In this document: piece after piece, positions 18,358 to 28,688 of the stretch
How the letters are laid out: the number at the start of each line of letters is the position of its first letter
How positions within the stretch are numbered: the stretch's first letter is position 1
Assembly (NCBI GenBank): GCA_963738405.1
Contig: CAVTWJ010000023.1
Location: 160,001 to 224,000 of the forward strand
DNA from: a candidate division FCPU426 bacterium
GTDB lineage: Bacteria; Oederibacteriota; Muellerivitia; Muellerivitales; Muellerivitaceae
DNA length: 64,000 nucleotides
Reading direction: 5' to 3'
Notes under the pieces: model-generated
Database searches by the model: none
What the model was told of the DNA's origin: nothing
Seen by the model: only the letters and a program-made list of their open reading frames with translations
Made by a program: the position numbers and the translations under genes

Positions 18358-20559
18358 TCATTCTATCTTTTCAAGCTTTGCCAGTTTCACCAGCAATTGC
18401 TTTTTGCCGTGGTTGGGAAAAGACACCGTGACCTTCAAATCTTCCCCCGATCCCATCAGGCCTATCACCATGCCCAGGCCAAACATCTTATGTTTGACCC
18501 TATCCCCCAAGGCAAAGGGAATGACCGCTTCCTCATCCCATTCCGGATCCCGGAGTTCATCAAATTCCTTTTTCTTCACATTAGCCACTTCATAGAGCCC
18601 GGCCTGGGTAGCTACGATGGAGGCCGCCTTGCCTGTCACCTGGATCATGTCCTTAGGGATTTCAGAAAGGAAACGGGAGGGCGCCCGCCACTGGGGAGTG
18701 CCGTAAACGTAGCGGCAGGCCGCGCCCGTGAGATAGAGGATATCCATGGCCCGGGTCATGCCCACGTAGCAAAGCCTACGCTCCTCCTGCACTTCTTTAT
18801 CTTCTTCCATCGAGTTGTTGTGGGGAAACAAGCCCTCTTCCATGCCGGTAATGAAAACAATGGGGTATTCCAACCCCTTGGCATTGTGCATGGTCATGAG
18901 GGTCACGCAATTTTTTTTATCTTCCAGCTTGTCCACATCCGCCACCAGGGAAACCTGGTCCAGGTAGCCTTCCAGGGTGGGCGTTTCGGCCGTGGATTCG
19001 TAATCCACCACCGAATTCACCAGTTCCTTTAGGTTTTCAGCCCTCATTTTCGATTCCAAAGTGTCATCGGCCGCCAATTCGATCAGATAGCCCGAGCGTT
19101 CCAAAACTTTTCGGACAAATTCAGAGGGTTTGAGACCTTCTTTTTCGGCGATCAGGGAATCCATCATGGAAACAAAGAGACCCAGGGCCTGGGATGCTTT
19201 TTTGGGGAAATCGCCGTTCCCGGCGCATTCCCGGGCCGCTTCCAGCATGGTGATATCCTTCAATTTGGCGGTTTCTTCCAATTTTGCCACCGTTCCCGAT
19301 CCAATGCCCCGGATAGGTACGTTGATCATGCGGCGCAGGGCCACCGAATCTTTTGGGTTGGAAAGAACATGCAGGTAGGCCAGCATGTCTTTGACTTCTC
19401 TTCGGTCGTAGAACTTGAGCCCGCCCACAATGATGTAGGGAATATTGTTGCGCCGGCAGGCGTCTTCCAGCACGCGGGACTGGGCGTTGGTGCGGTAAAG
19501 AATAGCCACATGGCGAAAACTGCGCCCCGGCTGGCCCAGCCTCTCATAAATGGTTTTGAGGACGAATTCCGCCTCGTCCTTGTCGTCCTCGGCCTGGTAA
19601 TAGATAGGTGTTTCTCCCATTTCCCTGAGGGAAAAAAGCTCTTTTTCTTTGCGCTGGGAATTGTTTCGAATTACCGCCTGGGCGGATTGGATGATGGATT
19701 TGGTGGATCGGTAATTTTGCTGCAGCTTAAATACCTTAGCCCCGTAAAAATCATGTTCAAACCGGAGGATATTGCGGATATCCGCCCCGCGCCATCCGTA
19801 GATTGATTGGTCCGGGTCCCCCACCACGCAGAGATTGTTGAGGGGATGGGCGATCATGGAAATGAGTTGATATTGAGCTGTATTAATATCCTGATATTCA
19901 TCCACCGAAATGTACTGAAAGCGGCGCCGATAGCTTTCCAAAACCTCTGGGTGATCTTTTAAAAGGGTTACAGTATTAAAAAGCATGTCGTCAAAATCCA
20001 TCCCGTTGTTTTGTTTAAGTTTGATTTGGTATAGGGGATATATCCTGGCTACCTTTTCCATAAAAACCCCCGTAGCCATTTCCTGGTATTCCTTAGGGTT
20101 TTTCAGTTCGTTCTTGGCCGAGCTGATAAAGCTATGGACAGCATTGGGATGGACCTGTTTTTCGTCAAACTTGAGTTCCCAGAGGCATTCCTTGATCAGT
20201 GCCTTCTGATCCGAATCGTCATAGATGCTGAAGTTGGGCTGATAGCCTAATTTGTCCGCATGGATCTTGAGGATGCGCAAACACAAAGAATGGAAGGTGC
20301 CGATGAAAAGATCCCGGGCCTTGCCGCCGCCCGCCAAAACCGCCACCCGGTCCCGCATTTCCTGGGCCGCCTTGTTGGTAAAGGTAACGGCCAGAAGATT
20401 AAGGGGGGATACACTCATTTGATCCAGCAGACGGATCAGCCGGTAGGTTACTACCCGGGTCTTGCCCGAACCCGCGCCGGCCAAAATGAGGGCTGGGCCT
20501 GCGTTATGCAATACCGCTTCCCGTTGCTCTTCATTCAAGTCTTGATATGTGTTTTTCAT
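18358..20559 (-). CDS. pcrA: ATP-dependent DNA helicase PcrA/UvrD
   Basis: AGAGSGKT, VDEYQD, VGDPDQSIYGWRGA, QNYRST, LYRTNAQSR, AKGLEY, EERRLCYVGMTRA, C-terminal Tudor-like domain. Confidence 0.96.
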   Translation of the reverse strand: MKNTYQDLNEEQREAVLHNAGPALILAGAGSGKTRVVTYRLIRLLDQMSVSPLNLLAVTFTNKAAQEMRDRVAVLAGGGKARDLFIGTFHSLCLRILKIHADKLGYQPNFSIYDDSDQKALIKECLWELKFDEKQVHPNAVHSFISSAKNELKNPKEYQEMATGVFMEKVARIYPLYQIKLKQNNGMDFDDMLFNTVTLLKDHPEVLESYRRRFQYISVDEYQDINTAQYQLISMIAHPLNNLCVVGDPDQSIYGWRGADIRNILRFEHDFYGAKVFKLQQNYRSTKSIIQSAQAVIRNNSQRKEKELFSLREMGETPIYYQAEDDKDEAEFVLKTIYERLGQPGRSFRHVAILYRTNAQSRVLEDACRRNNIPYIIVGGLKFYDRREVKDMLAYLHVLSNPKDSVALRRMINVPIRGIGSGTVAKLEETAKLKDITMLEAARECAGNGDFPKKASQALGLFVSMMDSLIAEKEGLKPSEFVRKVLERSGYLIELAADDTLESKMRAENLKELVNSVVDYESTAETPTLEGYLDQVSLVADVDKLEDKKNCVTLMTMHNAKGLEYPIVFITGMEEGLFPHNNSMEEDKEVQEERRLCYVGMTRAMDILYLTGAACRYVYGTPQWRAPSRFLSEIPKDMIQVTGKAASIVATQAGLYEVANVKKKEFDELRDPEWDEEAVIPFALGDRVKHKMFGLGMVIGLMGSGEDLKVTVSFPNHGKKQLLVKLAKLEKIE

Positions 20560-20602
20560 GATTCCTGGGAAAGGCGGAGGATAAACCGCAAAGGCTATAA
20601 AT

Positions 20603-20634
20603 AAAAATCCCGCGAGGGAGAACCCTTGCGGGAT
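20603..20634 (-). terminator. Rho-independent terminator after PilZ gene
   Basis: Minus strand atcccgcaaggg-ttct-ccctcgcgggat followed by tttttatttat. Confidence 0.8.
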
Positions 20635-20672
20635 GTGGATTTTCTTATAAAGTTCCTAAAAATGCTACCGCA

Positions 20673-21029
20673 TCAAATCAAATGATTCACGAAATCGCGA
20701 ATAGCCTTCCGGGTTTCCTCATCCACGACGATGAACTGGTATCCCAAGTGCTTTTCGGAATTCCAAGCCAATTTGCTATAAACATCCACGGTCTTATCTT
20801 TATTGACCCTGAAGTTAAGTTTGAGAATATGACTTGGAGGTTTGGGAATTCCCAATTCCAACCTTATGCCGCCCTCGCTTAGATCAACGGCTTTGACGGT
20901 TAAAGGGTTTCCTTGAACCTCAAGAACATTTCCCGATTTTGATTCGACAACGGGATGAATTTGAACTTGATCCAGGAATCTAACCCGGGAATGTTTTCGT
21001 CTTTCATCTTTTCGTTCGGAGGCCGGCAC
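20673..21029 (-). CDS. PilZ-domain (c-di-GMP receptor) protein
   Basis: RRKHSR (RxxxR) and DLSEGG (DxSxxG) motifs. Confidence 0.9.
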   Translation of the reverse strand: MPASERKDERRKHSRVRFLDQVQIHPVVESKSGNVLEVQGNPLTVKAVDLSEGGIRLELGIPKPPSHILKLNFRVNKDKTVDVYSKLAWNSEKHLGYQFIVVDEETRKAIRDFVNHLI

Positions 21030-21160
21030 ATAATTTCCTTAATAAAAGGTAATAAAACGGTAAACTAAACCGCTTTAAGTTTCAATGGAAACCTGGAATC
21101 GTTATCTTGTCGTGTCTATTTTTTTATTGAAATTGGACCGCTTTTTTAAAAACAAATATC

Positions 21161-23107
21161 TTATTTTTTAAATAATTCCAGGTAAAAAATCCCAGAAACC
21201 CAGGACAAATATAAGTTTTTCCCCACCCACCGGGTGGAGACGGAAATATTCATGGGCTTACCCTGTTGGTCCAAAGCCCTCACTTTTAAACGGGGATCTT
21301 TTTGATAACGATACAAAACAAATTTTGCTTGGATCGGTTCCATTAGCACCGGTTCTTTTCCAATATCAAGAACCTTCGTTTTTTTCTCGTTATAAACCAT
21401 TCCAGTATTTTCACAGTGGGAGACCGCCGACAGGATCAGGTGATCCGAAACCGTAATAGCCTTGGGTGTAAGCGATGCCAATGCGAAGGAGGCATAGGTA
21501 TTCGGCGTTTCCATCGCCCAGGTTGAATTATTGAATTTGCGATGTCCCAGAAAGCCTATCAGGGCCTGAAACCGCGGGCTCTCAATTTTTACGATTCCCA
21601 CGTTTCCCTGCCAAGTCAATTGGCCCGTATCGGAGACAAAGGTTTTTGTCTTGGTGTCGATCTTAGCCTTCAATTTTCCCGAGATATCGGTTTGAATCCC
21701 CTTGGCTTCCAACCCAGACTTGTGGGCCTGAGCCGCGAGAGCCGATTCCATATCCAAAGTTTGTCCCTGAGTGAGCGTCGGAAGAACATAGGTTTTACCT
21801 TCTTTCAAATCTCCCCTCATAACCGCCAATGCGGCCAAGGGCCATTGGCTGGAAATCAGCGGATTCCCAATAAAACTATTGGGATCTGGCAAAGCTGTTA
21901 CATCTGAACTGGGGAATCCTTTCCCCACACAAGCCGACCAGCCCTGCAGACATTGTTGAGCGGCCATCCAAAGGGGCAAACCCGCGACATATTCATTGGG
22001 CCAATTCGCTGCCCACCGGACACCAAATGGTTGATTCAAGGGTCGTTGAGTTATCAATTGAAGAGACATGCTTTTCTCGGGATAAAGAACCCAAGGTTGA
22101 TCTGAGAAGGAAACAGGCGGGGAGGACGTTTGAGGCTGATCACCAGCTTCGGCCCACTGAACCGACGAAGAAGAATCCGTGGGCGTGTAAGCTGCGTTCG
22201 GTGAAGGTGTTGCCAATATTTCTTGGCTTTGATCAAAACCCCAATTTCTTGAGGCCACAGTGGCCTTCAAAGAATCATCTTCTTGAGAGTTTAAATTATC
22301 TTGGACGCTGACGGGTGCCTGAAACAGGACGGACACATCCAGGAGAGTTCCCCGAAAATCAGGAAGACCCGCCTTAACCGGAAACCATCCGGTCGTGTCA
22401 TTTATTATTGTCTTTTCGGGCTTAGGAGAAAGGGCCGTCACGGGAACCTGAATATCTGAGGCTGTTATGGCGAAAAGCATGGGCACCGGCGCCTTGCCTT
22501 CGGACTTAAAAAGAATGGCCTGGATCGGGACAGTTGGGCGTGGATTAGGCCAGGCAAAAAGATTAAGGCCCGTTTCAGCGCCCTTATCCTTGTGCCACCA
22601 AGCCAGGTAACTTTCGGCCGTGTCGTCGGCACCCCAAAAATTGACCAGTTCCCTTTCGACCCTCAAGGGGATCATCTCCACCTGAGAATCGGCGTAAACC
22701 ACGTCATATTCGGCGACTTTATTATCCGGACCCGTGGAGGCCCAGCGGCATCCCTGCAGAAAATATAACTCGCCTACGGTTTGATTTCCAAAAGGTATGG
22801 ACATTCCCTGGGGATACTGCGAAAGAGCCTTTCCCCTTAAAACCAAAAAGGAATGGCCGGAGTTTTGGACAGGGTCCAAAAGGCGAAAGGGTATTCCACG
22901 AAGGGTTTGGAGGCCCGTGGGAAGGTCTTTGAGGGCGTTTTGTTGTTCGGAGTCCCCCGGACCGGGTTCTTTCCCATCAAAGGGATCCGCAAAACCCCGG
23001 TTAGCCACCGTGGAAAGGTCCAAGTTCCAAAAGCGGGCATCAACCTGGGAGGCCGCGAAATAAATGAAAACCAGGGTGAAACTCGCGAGACAACGGCGCG
23101 AACCCAT
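21161..23107 (-). CDS. Secreted hypothetical protein related to carbohydrate-active enzymes, apparently degenerate
   Basis: Signal peptide; N-terminal beta-sandwich (LPTGLQTLRGIPF...WPNPRP), WPNEY...LQGW segment and C-terminal SDTGQLTW domain recalled from clan GH-A modular proteins. Confidence 0.6.
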   Translation of the reverse strand: MGSRRCLASFTLVFIYFAASQVDARFWNLDLSTVANRGFADPFDGKEPGPGDSEQQNALKDLPTGLQTLRGIPFRLLDPVQNSGHSFLVLRGKALSQYPQGMSIPFGNQTVGELYFLQGCRWASTGPDNKVAEYDVVYADSQVEMIPLRVERELVNFWGADDTAESYLAWWHKDKGAETGLNLFAWPNPRPTVPIQAILFKSEGKAPVPMLFAITASDIQVPVTALSPKPEKTIINDTTGWFPVKAGLPDFRGTLLDVSVLFQAPVSVQDNLNSQEDDSLKATVASRNWGFDQSQEILATPSPNAAYTPTDSSSSVQWAEAGDQPQTSSPPVSFSDQPWVLYPEKSMSLQLITQRPLNQPFGVRWAANWPNEYVAGLPLWMAAQQCLQGWSACVGKGFPSSDVTALPDPNSFIGNPLISSQWPLAALAVMRGDLKEGKTYVLPTLTQGQTLDMESALAAQAHKSGLEAKGIQTDISGKLKAKIDTKTKTFVSDTGQLTWQGNVGIVKIESPRFQALIGFLGHRKFNNSTWAMETPNTYASFALASLTPKAITVSDHLILSAVSHCENTGMVYNEKKTKVLDIGKEPVLMEPIQAKFVLYRYQKDPRLKVRALDQQGKPMNISVSTRWVGKNLYLSWVSGIFYLELFKK

Positions 23108-23112
23108 GAAGG

Positions 23113-23853
23113 TTAGTTCACTTTTTTGTAGCGGTAATAATCCAAGATGATTTTTACCACTTCTGCGGGCTTATCCACGATATGGAAAATATCCAGATCC
23201 TCCAGGTTGATGTACTGTCGGTCCCTCAAAATGGTTTTTTTAATCCAATCCAAGCCCCCCGCCCAATAATCTCTGTCCACCAAGATGATGGGAACCGGCT
23301 CGATTTTTTGGGTTTGCACCAGGGTCAAAAGCTCAAAAAGCTCATCCAGTGTGCCAAAGCCGCCCGGCATGACCACCACCGCCGAGGCGTAGCGCAGGAA
23401 CATCACCTTGCGGATAAAAAAATAGTGAAAGTTGATGGGAAGATTCACAAAGGGATTACCCTTTTGCTCAAAGGGCAGTTCGATATTGCACCCGACCGAC
23501 CGGCCCCCCGCGTCATGGGCTCCCCGATTGGCGGCTTCCATGATCCCAGGCCCTCCGCCGGTGACGATGCTGAAACCCTTTTTAGAAAGTTGATGGCCTA
23601 TTTCCTGCGCCAGCTTGTAATCGGGAGAATCAGGCAGGGTCCGTGCGGACCCGAACACAGTGACGGCAGGGCGGATATTACGAAGGGCCTCAAAACCTTC
23701 CACGAATTCGGAGATGATGCGGAACATCCGCCAGGTATCTTGATCCTTGAAGTCGTTGGCGATCAGGGGGTTATAGGATTGCGGATGGTGATTGCGACCG
23801 TTGGTTTTAGGTTTCGACCCCTTCTTCTTGCTTGGCATGGCCATTCCTTTCAT
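23113..23853 (-). CDS. LOG family protein (TIGR00730-like nucleotide monophosphate nucleosidase)
   Basis: VFGSAR, TGGGPGIMEAAN, FFIRKVMF, PGGFGTLDE. Confidence 0.93.
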   Translation of the reverse strand: MKGMAMPSKKKGSKPKTNGRNHHPQSYNPLIANDFKDQDTWRMFRIISEFVEGFEALRNIRPAVTVFGSARTLPDSPDYKLAQEIGHQLSKKGFSIVTGGGPGIMEAANRGAHDAGGRSVGCNIELPFEQKGNPFVNLPINFHYFFIRKVMFLRYASAVVVMPGGFGTLDELFELLTLVQTQKIEPVPIILVDRDYWAGGLDWIKKTILRDRQYINLEDLDIFHIVDKPAEVVKIILDYYRYKKVN

Positions 23854-23862
23854 TTTTTAAAA

Positions 23863-24300
23863 TCAGGCGATAACAGCTTCCGACAGGCCTTCCAGCGCGT
23901 CCATGATCCTACGAGGGTGGTCCGTAATCATGGAAGGTAGTGAATCCACGGGGAAATACTTCAGTTCGCTCGTTTCTCCGCTCAAGCGCAGTTCCCCACC
24001 TGTCGCCCGGCACAATAGGGAGACCCTTACCGTATGCCATTCCCGGCCTTGGGCGTAATGTAATGATCCGTCCGTATCGGAATAAATTCCCACGAGCCGA
24101 ACCACCTCGGCCTGAAGACCCGTTTCTTCTTCCAATTCCCGTAAGCCAGCTTGGGCGACGGTTTCACCCAGTTCCATGTGGCCCCCGGGGATGCACCAAA
24201 GACCATTGTCCGTTCTTTTGGCCAAAAGCACTTCACCCTTTTCATTGAACACCAATGCGTTCACCGCGATTTTGGGGGTGATTTGGGGCCGATGGATCAT
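23863..24300 (-). CDS. NUDIX hydrolase
   Basis: Nudix box GGHMELGETVAQAGLRELEEETGL. Confidence 0.93.
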   Translation of the reverse strand: MIHRPQITPKIAVNALVFNEKGEVLLAKRTDNGLWCIPGGHMELGETVAQAGLRELEEETGLQAEVVRLVGIYSDTDGSLHYAQGREWHTVRVSLLCRATGGELRLSGETSELKYFPVDSLPSMITDHPRRIMDALEGLSEAVIA

Positions 24301-24330
24301 GGGACCTCTTAACCTAGCGGGATAGAAACC

Positions 24331-24368
24331 AAAAAAAATCCCACGCCCCTTTGGAAGGAACGTGGGAT
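24331..24368 (-). terminator. Rho-independent terminator after rplM-rpsI
   Basis: Minus strand atcccacg...cgtgggat followed by a run of T. Confidence 0.85.
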
Positions 24369-24414
24369 GGTAAACAGTCCGCCTCGATCGGGGCCCGAGG
24401 GACCCAAGAGACTT

Positions 24415-24810
24415 TTAGCGCTTCGAGAACTGGAAGCGTTTGCGGGCCTTCTTGCGGCCGTATTTTTTGCGCTCCACCATACGAGGGTCGCGGGTGAGAA
24501 ACCCGGCGGCCTTCAAGGGTTTGCGCATTTCCGCGTCCACTTTCAACAAGGCGCGGGAAATACCGTGGCGGAGAGCTTCCGCCTGTCCAGTCACTCCGCC
24601 GCCGGTTAGGTTGGCGTAAACATCATATTTATTGGAAGCCGAAACCAGCTCCAGAGGTGCTTTCACCGTGGGCACTTTGGCGAAGGGGAAAAATTTCTCG
24701 AGGGGCAGTCCGTTGATGATAAACAAACCCTTGCCGGGACGGAGAATCACGCGGGCCACGGAAGTTTTCCGGCGGCCCGTAGCGATGAATTGTTCCTTGG
24801 ATGCGGTCAC
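24415..24810 (-). CDS. rpsI: 30S ribosomal protein S9
   Basis: [11 protein letters not shown]...[25 protein letters not shown]. Confidence 0.99.
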   Translation of the reverse strand: MTASKEQFIATGRRKTSVARVILRPGKGLFIINGLPLEKFFPFAKVPTVKAPLELVSASNKYDVYANLTGGGVTGQAEALRHGISRALLKVDAEMRKPLKAAGFLTRDPRMVERKKYGRKKARKRFQFSKR

Positions 24811-25268
24811 TTGGCTTCTCCTCTTTTGGCGGGGTGGGGCAATGCTAGGGGCTGGGGTTTCTGGGCCGAATGGGGGTGAACTTCACCCTTATAGATATTC
24901 ACACGGCCAAACATCTTGTCCCCTTGGCTGGTCTTGGGCAACATGCCCTTGATGGCGTATTCCAAAATCCGCTCCGGTTTGGTGGTTCGGATGACCTTGT
25001 ATTCTTCGGTCGACAAGCCCCCCGGACGGCCGGAGGTGCGGTGATGGGCCTTGGTTTCCCACTTGTTGCCGGTGAGAACAATTTTATCGGCGTTAATGAT
25101 GACCACATGGTCCCCGTTTTCGACATGGGGCGTGAAGTTCACCTTATGTTTCCCGCGAAGAACGGCGGCGACCTGACTGGTCAAACGGCCGAGGATCATG
25201 TCCTTGGCGTCCACAATCCACCACTTCCGGTTGATTTCTTTTACTGTCGGCAAATGAGTTTTTTGCAT
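24807..25268 (-). CDS. rplM: 50S ribosomal protein L13
   Basis: WWIVDA...LGRL...LRGKHK...KGMLPK...[11 protein letters not shown] at 25268. Confidence 0.99.
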   Translation of the reverse strand: MQKTHLPTVKEINRKWWIVDAKDMILGRLTSQVAAVLRGKHKVNFTPHVENGDHVVIINADKIVLTGNKWETKAHHRTSGRPGGLSTEEYKVIRTTKPERILEYAIKGMLPKTSQGDKMFGRVNIYKGEVHPHSAQKPQPLALPHPAKRGEAK

Positions 25269-25340
25269 GGATCCTAACCTGTAGCTTTTCAAAAGGGCGT
25301 TAAAAGGGCCAAAAAGGCCTCTTCCTTGACAAGGGGTTGA

Positions 25341-25368
25341 ATTATAAGGTTTTTAATCAACGTGTCAA
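25341..25368 (-). promoter_or_regulatory. Consensus sigma70 promoter of rplM-rpsI
   Basis: Minus strand TTGACA-N16-TATAAT. Confidence 0.85.
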
Positions 25369-25394
25369 GGAGAAGGTGGGGATCAATCCCAGCT

Positions 25395-26666
25395 TTAGGG
25401 AAGGGAAAGCCTAAGCCGGGCTTCCCCCTGCACCATGGAGAAACTGACGGCGCCCCGGTGCCTTAAGACCCATTCTTCCAAACGGGTTTTCCCCAAGGAC
25501 CTTCGGGGCGCCGGAATGCCAATCAAGTCCGCCAAAAAGCCGGGTTTGATTCGCCCCAATTGATGACCAAGACCCAAGGCCCTGGCGGGTTTGGTGGTCG
25601 CCATGGAAAGAATCTCTAAAGCGGAAACTTCCGGATGTTTTTTTTGAAACAGCCTCATCTCCCTAAAAAGGGAAAGGGAGGAATTGCTGGCCAGGCTGTC
25701 CGTTCCCAAGCAAACAGGAATACGGTGCCGTTGGAGCCTTCGGTAGGGAAAAGGATCATGTTTGAAAAAAGCGTGGCTTCCCGGGCAGTGTACCACCGTG
25801 ATGCGGTTTTTGGCCAAGAGGGTTAGGTCCCTTTCATCCGCGTGGTTCAGGTGAACCGCCAGGTCGATTTTCGGCAACCAGCCGCATTGGTTGAGATACT
25901 GCACGGGAGTGGTGCTCCGGGGAAGGTTCCAATCCGGATTCAGGACCTTGATCCGGTCCGCCAAGGGCCCCTTCCCTTTTCGGAAGAAATTCCATTCTTC
26001 CCTGCTCTCCCCCAAATGGAGGGTTGTGAGAATTCCACGATGGACGGAGAGAAACTTTCCCAGGAGGCCAAAGATTTCCTTCGACACCGTAAAGGGAGTG
26101 TGGGGCGAAAAACCGGCTCGGACCAGACCCTGGGGGTCGCCCTCCGTGGACAGGGCTTTCCACTTCTCGAGGGTTTGTTTCCAATAGGCGGCAGGGGAAG
26201 CCTGCCCCAGATCTAGAACTTCCAAAAATCCAAGAGCCCGCAAACCTGATTGAAAAAGGGGCTGAAGGCTTTCACCGCTGGTGGCCACGTCGCAAAGGGT
26301 GGTCGTTCCATAGGCCAGACTTTGTTGGATCCCCTCAAGGGCGGATCTTTTGAATTCCGAACGGGGAGTCAGGCTCGTTTTCATTCCCATGGTTCTGAGC
26401 CATTCGCGGAAAGAGTTCCGGTAAGGAACCTTTTCCTTGAAGCGAGTAAAATCCAAGTGACAATGGGCATTGATCAAACCGGGCAAGAGGACCGTATCGC
26501 CCAGATCGAGGGTCCGCACCGAGGGAAGAAAGGCCAGATCCTTGCGCTGACCCACCTGCAAAATTCGGCCGCCCTGAACCAGCACGAAAGCATTCTCAAC
26601 GGGCTTAGGTCTGTCGAGGGTGAGAAGGTATTTTGAAAAGAGAACCAACCGGTGGCTCGTGTTCAT
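25395..26666 (-). CDS. Amidohydrolase (COG0402-like), candidate aminodeoxyfutalosine deaminase
   Basis: PGLINAHCHLD, SPHTPFTVS, HLGESREE, AVH, GTDSLASN metal ligands. The specific function is inferred from the mqn cluster nearby. Confidence 0.8.
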   Translation of the reverse strand: MNTSHRLVLFSKYLLTLDRPKPVENAFVLVQGGRILQVGQRKDLAFLPSVRTLDLGDTVLLPGLINAHCHLDFTRFKEKVPYRNSFREWLRTMGMKTSLTPRSEFKRSALEGIQQSLAYGTTTLCDVATSGESLQPLFQSGLRALGFLEVLDLGQASPAAYWKQTLEKWKALSTEGDPQGLVRAGFSPHTPFTVSKEIFGLLGKFLSVHRGILTTLHLGESREEWNFFRKGKGPLADRIKVLNPDWNLPRSTTPVQYLNQCGWLPKIDLAVHLNHADERDLTLLAKNRITVVHCPGSHAFFKHDPFPYRRLQRHRIPVCLGTDSLASNSSLSLFREMRLFQKKHPEVSALEILSMATTKPARALGLGHQLGRIKPGFLADLIGIPAPRRSLGKTRLEEWVLRHRGAVSFSMVQGEARLRLSLP

Positions 26667-26780
26667 GAACCTAGGTTACCAGCCTCGCCTCCGACCATAC
26701 AATCCAAAGGAAAAGACCATTTCTGTTCTCTTTTTCTTCTGGGTTGACCCTGACACAGGGCTCGCTTAGATTAGGCCCTC

Positions 26781-28073
26781 ATGCTCGACAATCAAATTTC
26801 AAACACCTTTTTCGATTTTACCAGCAAACTGACCACCCGTTTTCCCAGGGGTGGAGCATGGTTTTTTGACCACACTCTGATTCCTGCCCTCGGCAACCCG
26901 CTGACGAGACACTTGACCAGGCGCCATACCCTAAACACGCTCAAATCCATCAAGGATTTCCAGAGAATCCTGGTGGTATCGGATATCCACATCGGCGACG
27001 CCATCCTGGCGGCCGGGGGCGTGGCGGTTTTCAGGGACTTCTTCCCCAATGCCCGCATCGATTATGTGGTCAAAAAAACGGTGGCGTGCTTATTTGAGGG
27101 AAACCCGGACATCACCAACCTTTACCCCGTCTTTACCGGTGGGCAGTTCCCCAACGAAACAGACTTAGACGCTGTTAAAAAACTGGCTTTCGAGAACGAT
27201 TACGACCTTTGTCTTAACTGCTGTCCTTTTATCGAGGACGGGAAAATCTTTCCCCGGGGCCAGCGCGTGCTCAACATGGCGGTCCAGGGCGCCCCGAAGA
27301 TCCTGATGAACTTGACAGGTAAGACCGGCACCTGCCATTTCATGTACTCAACCTACGATCTGGCGGGGGAATTCCTTCCGAAAATCACTGGAAAAACCAG
27401 CCCCCGGCCCTTCAAGGGCATTCCCGTCACCCTTTCCGACCAGGCCCATTCCCTAGCCCTGGCCTTTATCAAAGAATCCAAGATACCCACGGATGGTCAT
27501 CTCTTTTTTCTGAACCCTGACACAGCCTCCCCCTTTAACCGCATCCCCTTTGAAAGCCAGTTGGTCCTCTTAAAGGGCCTGCTCAACCTGCCAGGGCATG
27601 TGCTCTTGGGTTCGGCCTTTACGGCCAAGGACATCGAACATCAACTTGTGGAAAGACTTTCGGAAAGCGAAAGAGCCCGCCTGACGGTTGTGCCTAAAAC
27701 ATTGGAATTGGACGCCTATGCGGCCTTGCTAGATTTTTCGGATATCTTTATTTCGGGAGATACAGGCCCCCTGCATATTGGCGCGGCCCGCAAGGTTTCT
27801 AAAACTGGAAATATAAAATTCAGGAATAAAACTTATGTCGTCTCGGTTTTCGGCGCCACCAACGCACGCATGTCGGGGTACGACTCCACCAATCCCCTTT
27901 TTCCGCCCGCGGACCAAGACAGTCCCTCGCGTTGTTATGTTTCCGAAAGCCCCTGCCGCAACATCACCTGCATGAACAAGATGTCCAAAACCTGCAAGGC
28001 CGTCCGCTGTTTTGAGTTTTTGGATGTGGAAAAGATTCTGGAAGATATCCGTACCCATCTGAAGAGCCTCTAA
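26781..28073 (+). CDS. Glycosyltransferase family 9 (heptosyltransferase-like)
   Basis: HIGDAIL, FPNARIDYVV, FISGDTGPLHIGAA, VSVFGAT. Confidence 0.85.
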   Translation: MLDNQISNTFFDFTSKLTTRFPRGGAWFFDHTLIPALGNPLTRHLTRRHTLNTLKSIKDFQRILVVSDIHIGDAILAAGGVAVFRDFFPNARIDYVVKKTVACLFEGNPDITNLYPVFTGGQFPNETDLDAVKKLAFENDYDLCLNCCPFIEDGKIFPRGQRVLNMAVQGAPKILMNLTGKTGTCHFMYSTYDLAGEFLPKITGKTSPRPFKGIPVTLSDQAHSLALAFIKESKIPTDGHLFFLNPDTASPFNRIPFESQLVLLKGLLNLPGHVLLGSAFTAKDIEHQLVERLSESERARLTVVPKTLELDAYAALLDFSDIFISGDTGPLHIGAARKVSKTGNIKFRNKTYVVSVFGATNARMSGYDSTNPLFPPADQDSPSRCYVSESPCRNITCMNKMSKTCKAVRCFEFLDVEKILEDIRTHLKSL

Positions 28074-28139
28074 ATCGTCCAATGTTACTGCACCAAGCCG
28101 GGAGCTTGGTGTTCCCCGCCGCTTACAATATTTATAGTC

Positions 28140-28688
28140 CTATTTTCCAGATATTAATTTAGTAACTGGAGACGGTTTAATATTTTTAAATTTTCCATCC
28201 GGATCAACTAATTGCCGCAAGAAAAGAACACAAGCATTGAAATCGTCTGGCAATTTAGAAATTCTGTTAAGTTTTCGGATCAAAAGAATCAAATTAAAAC
28301 TTGCAACAAATATCCAAAAAAAGACCGATCGCCAAGGTTGATCAAAATACATAATTGGTAAAATGGTCCACAAAATCACGGACTTAAAAACAAAACCAAT
28401 CCAAATCCTAAAGTTTGAAATGCCATATACAGCAAGGCCATTACCATCCATGCCATAACCCTCCCACCTAAACGTTACAGAAAACGTGTCATCTTTCTTA
28501 ATGTTACGTCCGTAAATCTTTTTTACCAAACTCACATTCGCAGAAATACCTTTTTCATCCCATTCAGAAACTTGAAAATAGGGAACATGATTTTTCTCTA
28601 ACATTTTTTCATGTTTTTTAAAAACATCGTTACATCCTTTCAAATCCAAATCGGTTCTAATATGTGTTATTTTGGGAATCGAAAACAT
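28140..28688 (-). CDS. Hypothetical membrane protein (AT-rich gene)
   Basis: Open frame with two C-terminal TM segments; start 28688 or 28739. Confidence 0.6.
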   Translation of the reverse strand: MFSIPKITHIRTDLDLKGCNDVFKKHEKMLEKNHVPYFQVSEWDEKGISANVSLVKKIYGRNIKKDDTFSVTFRWEGYGMDGNGLAVYGISNFRIWIGFVFKSVILWTILPIMYFDQPWRSVFFWIFVASFNLILLIRKLNRISKLPDDFNACVLFLRQLVDPDGKFKNIKPSPVTKLISGK

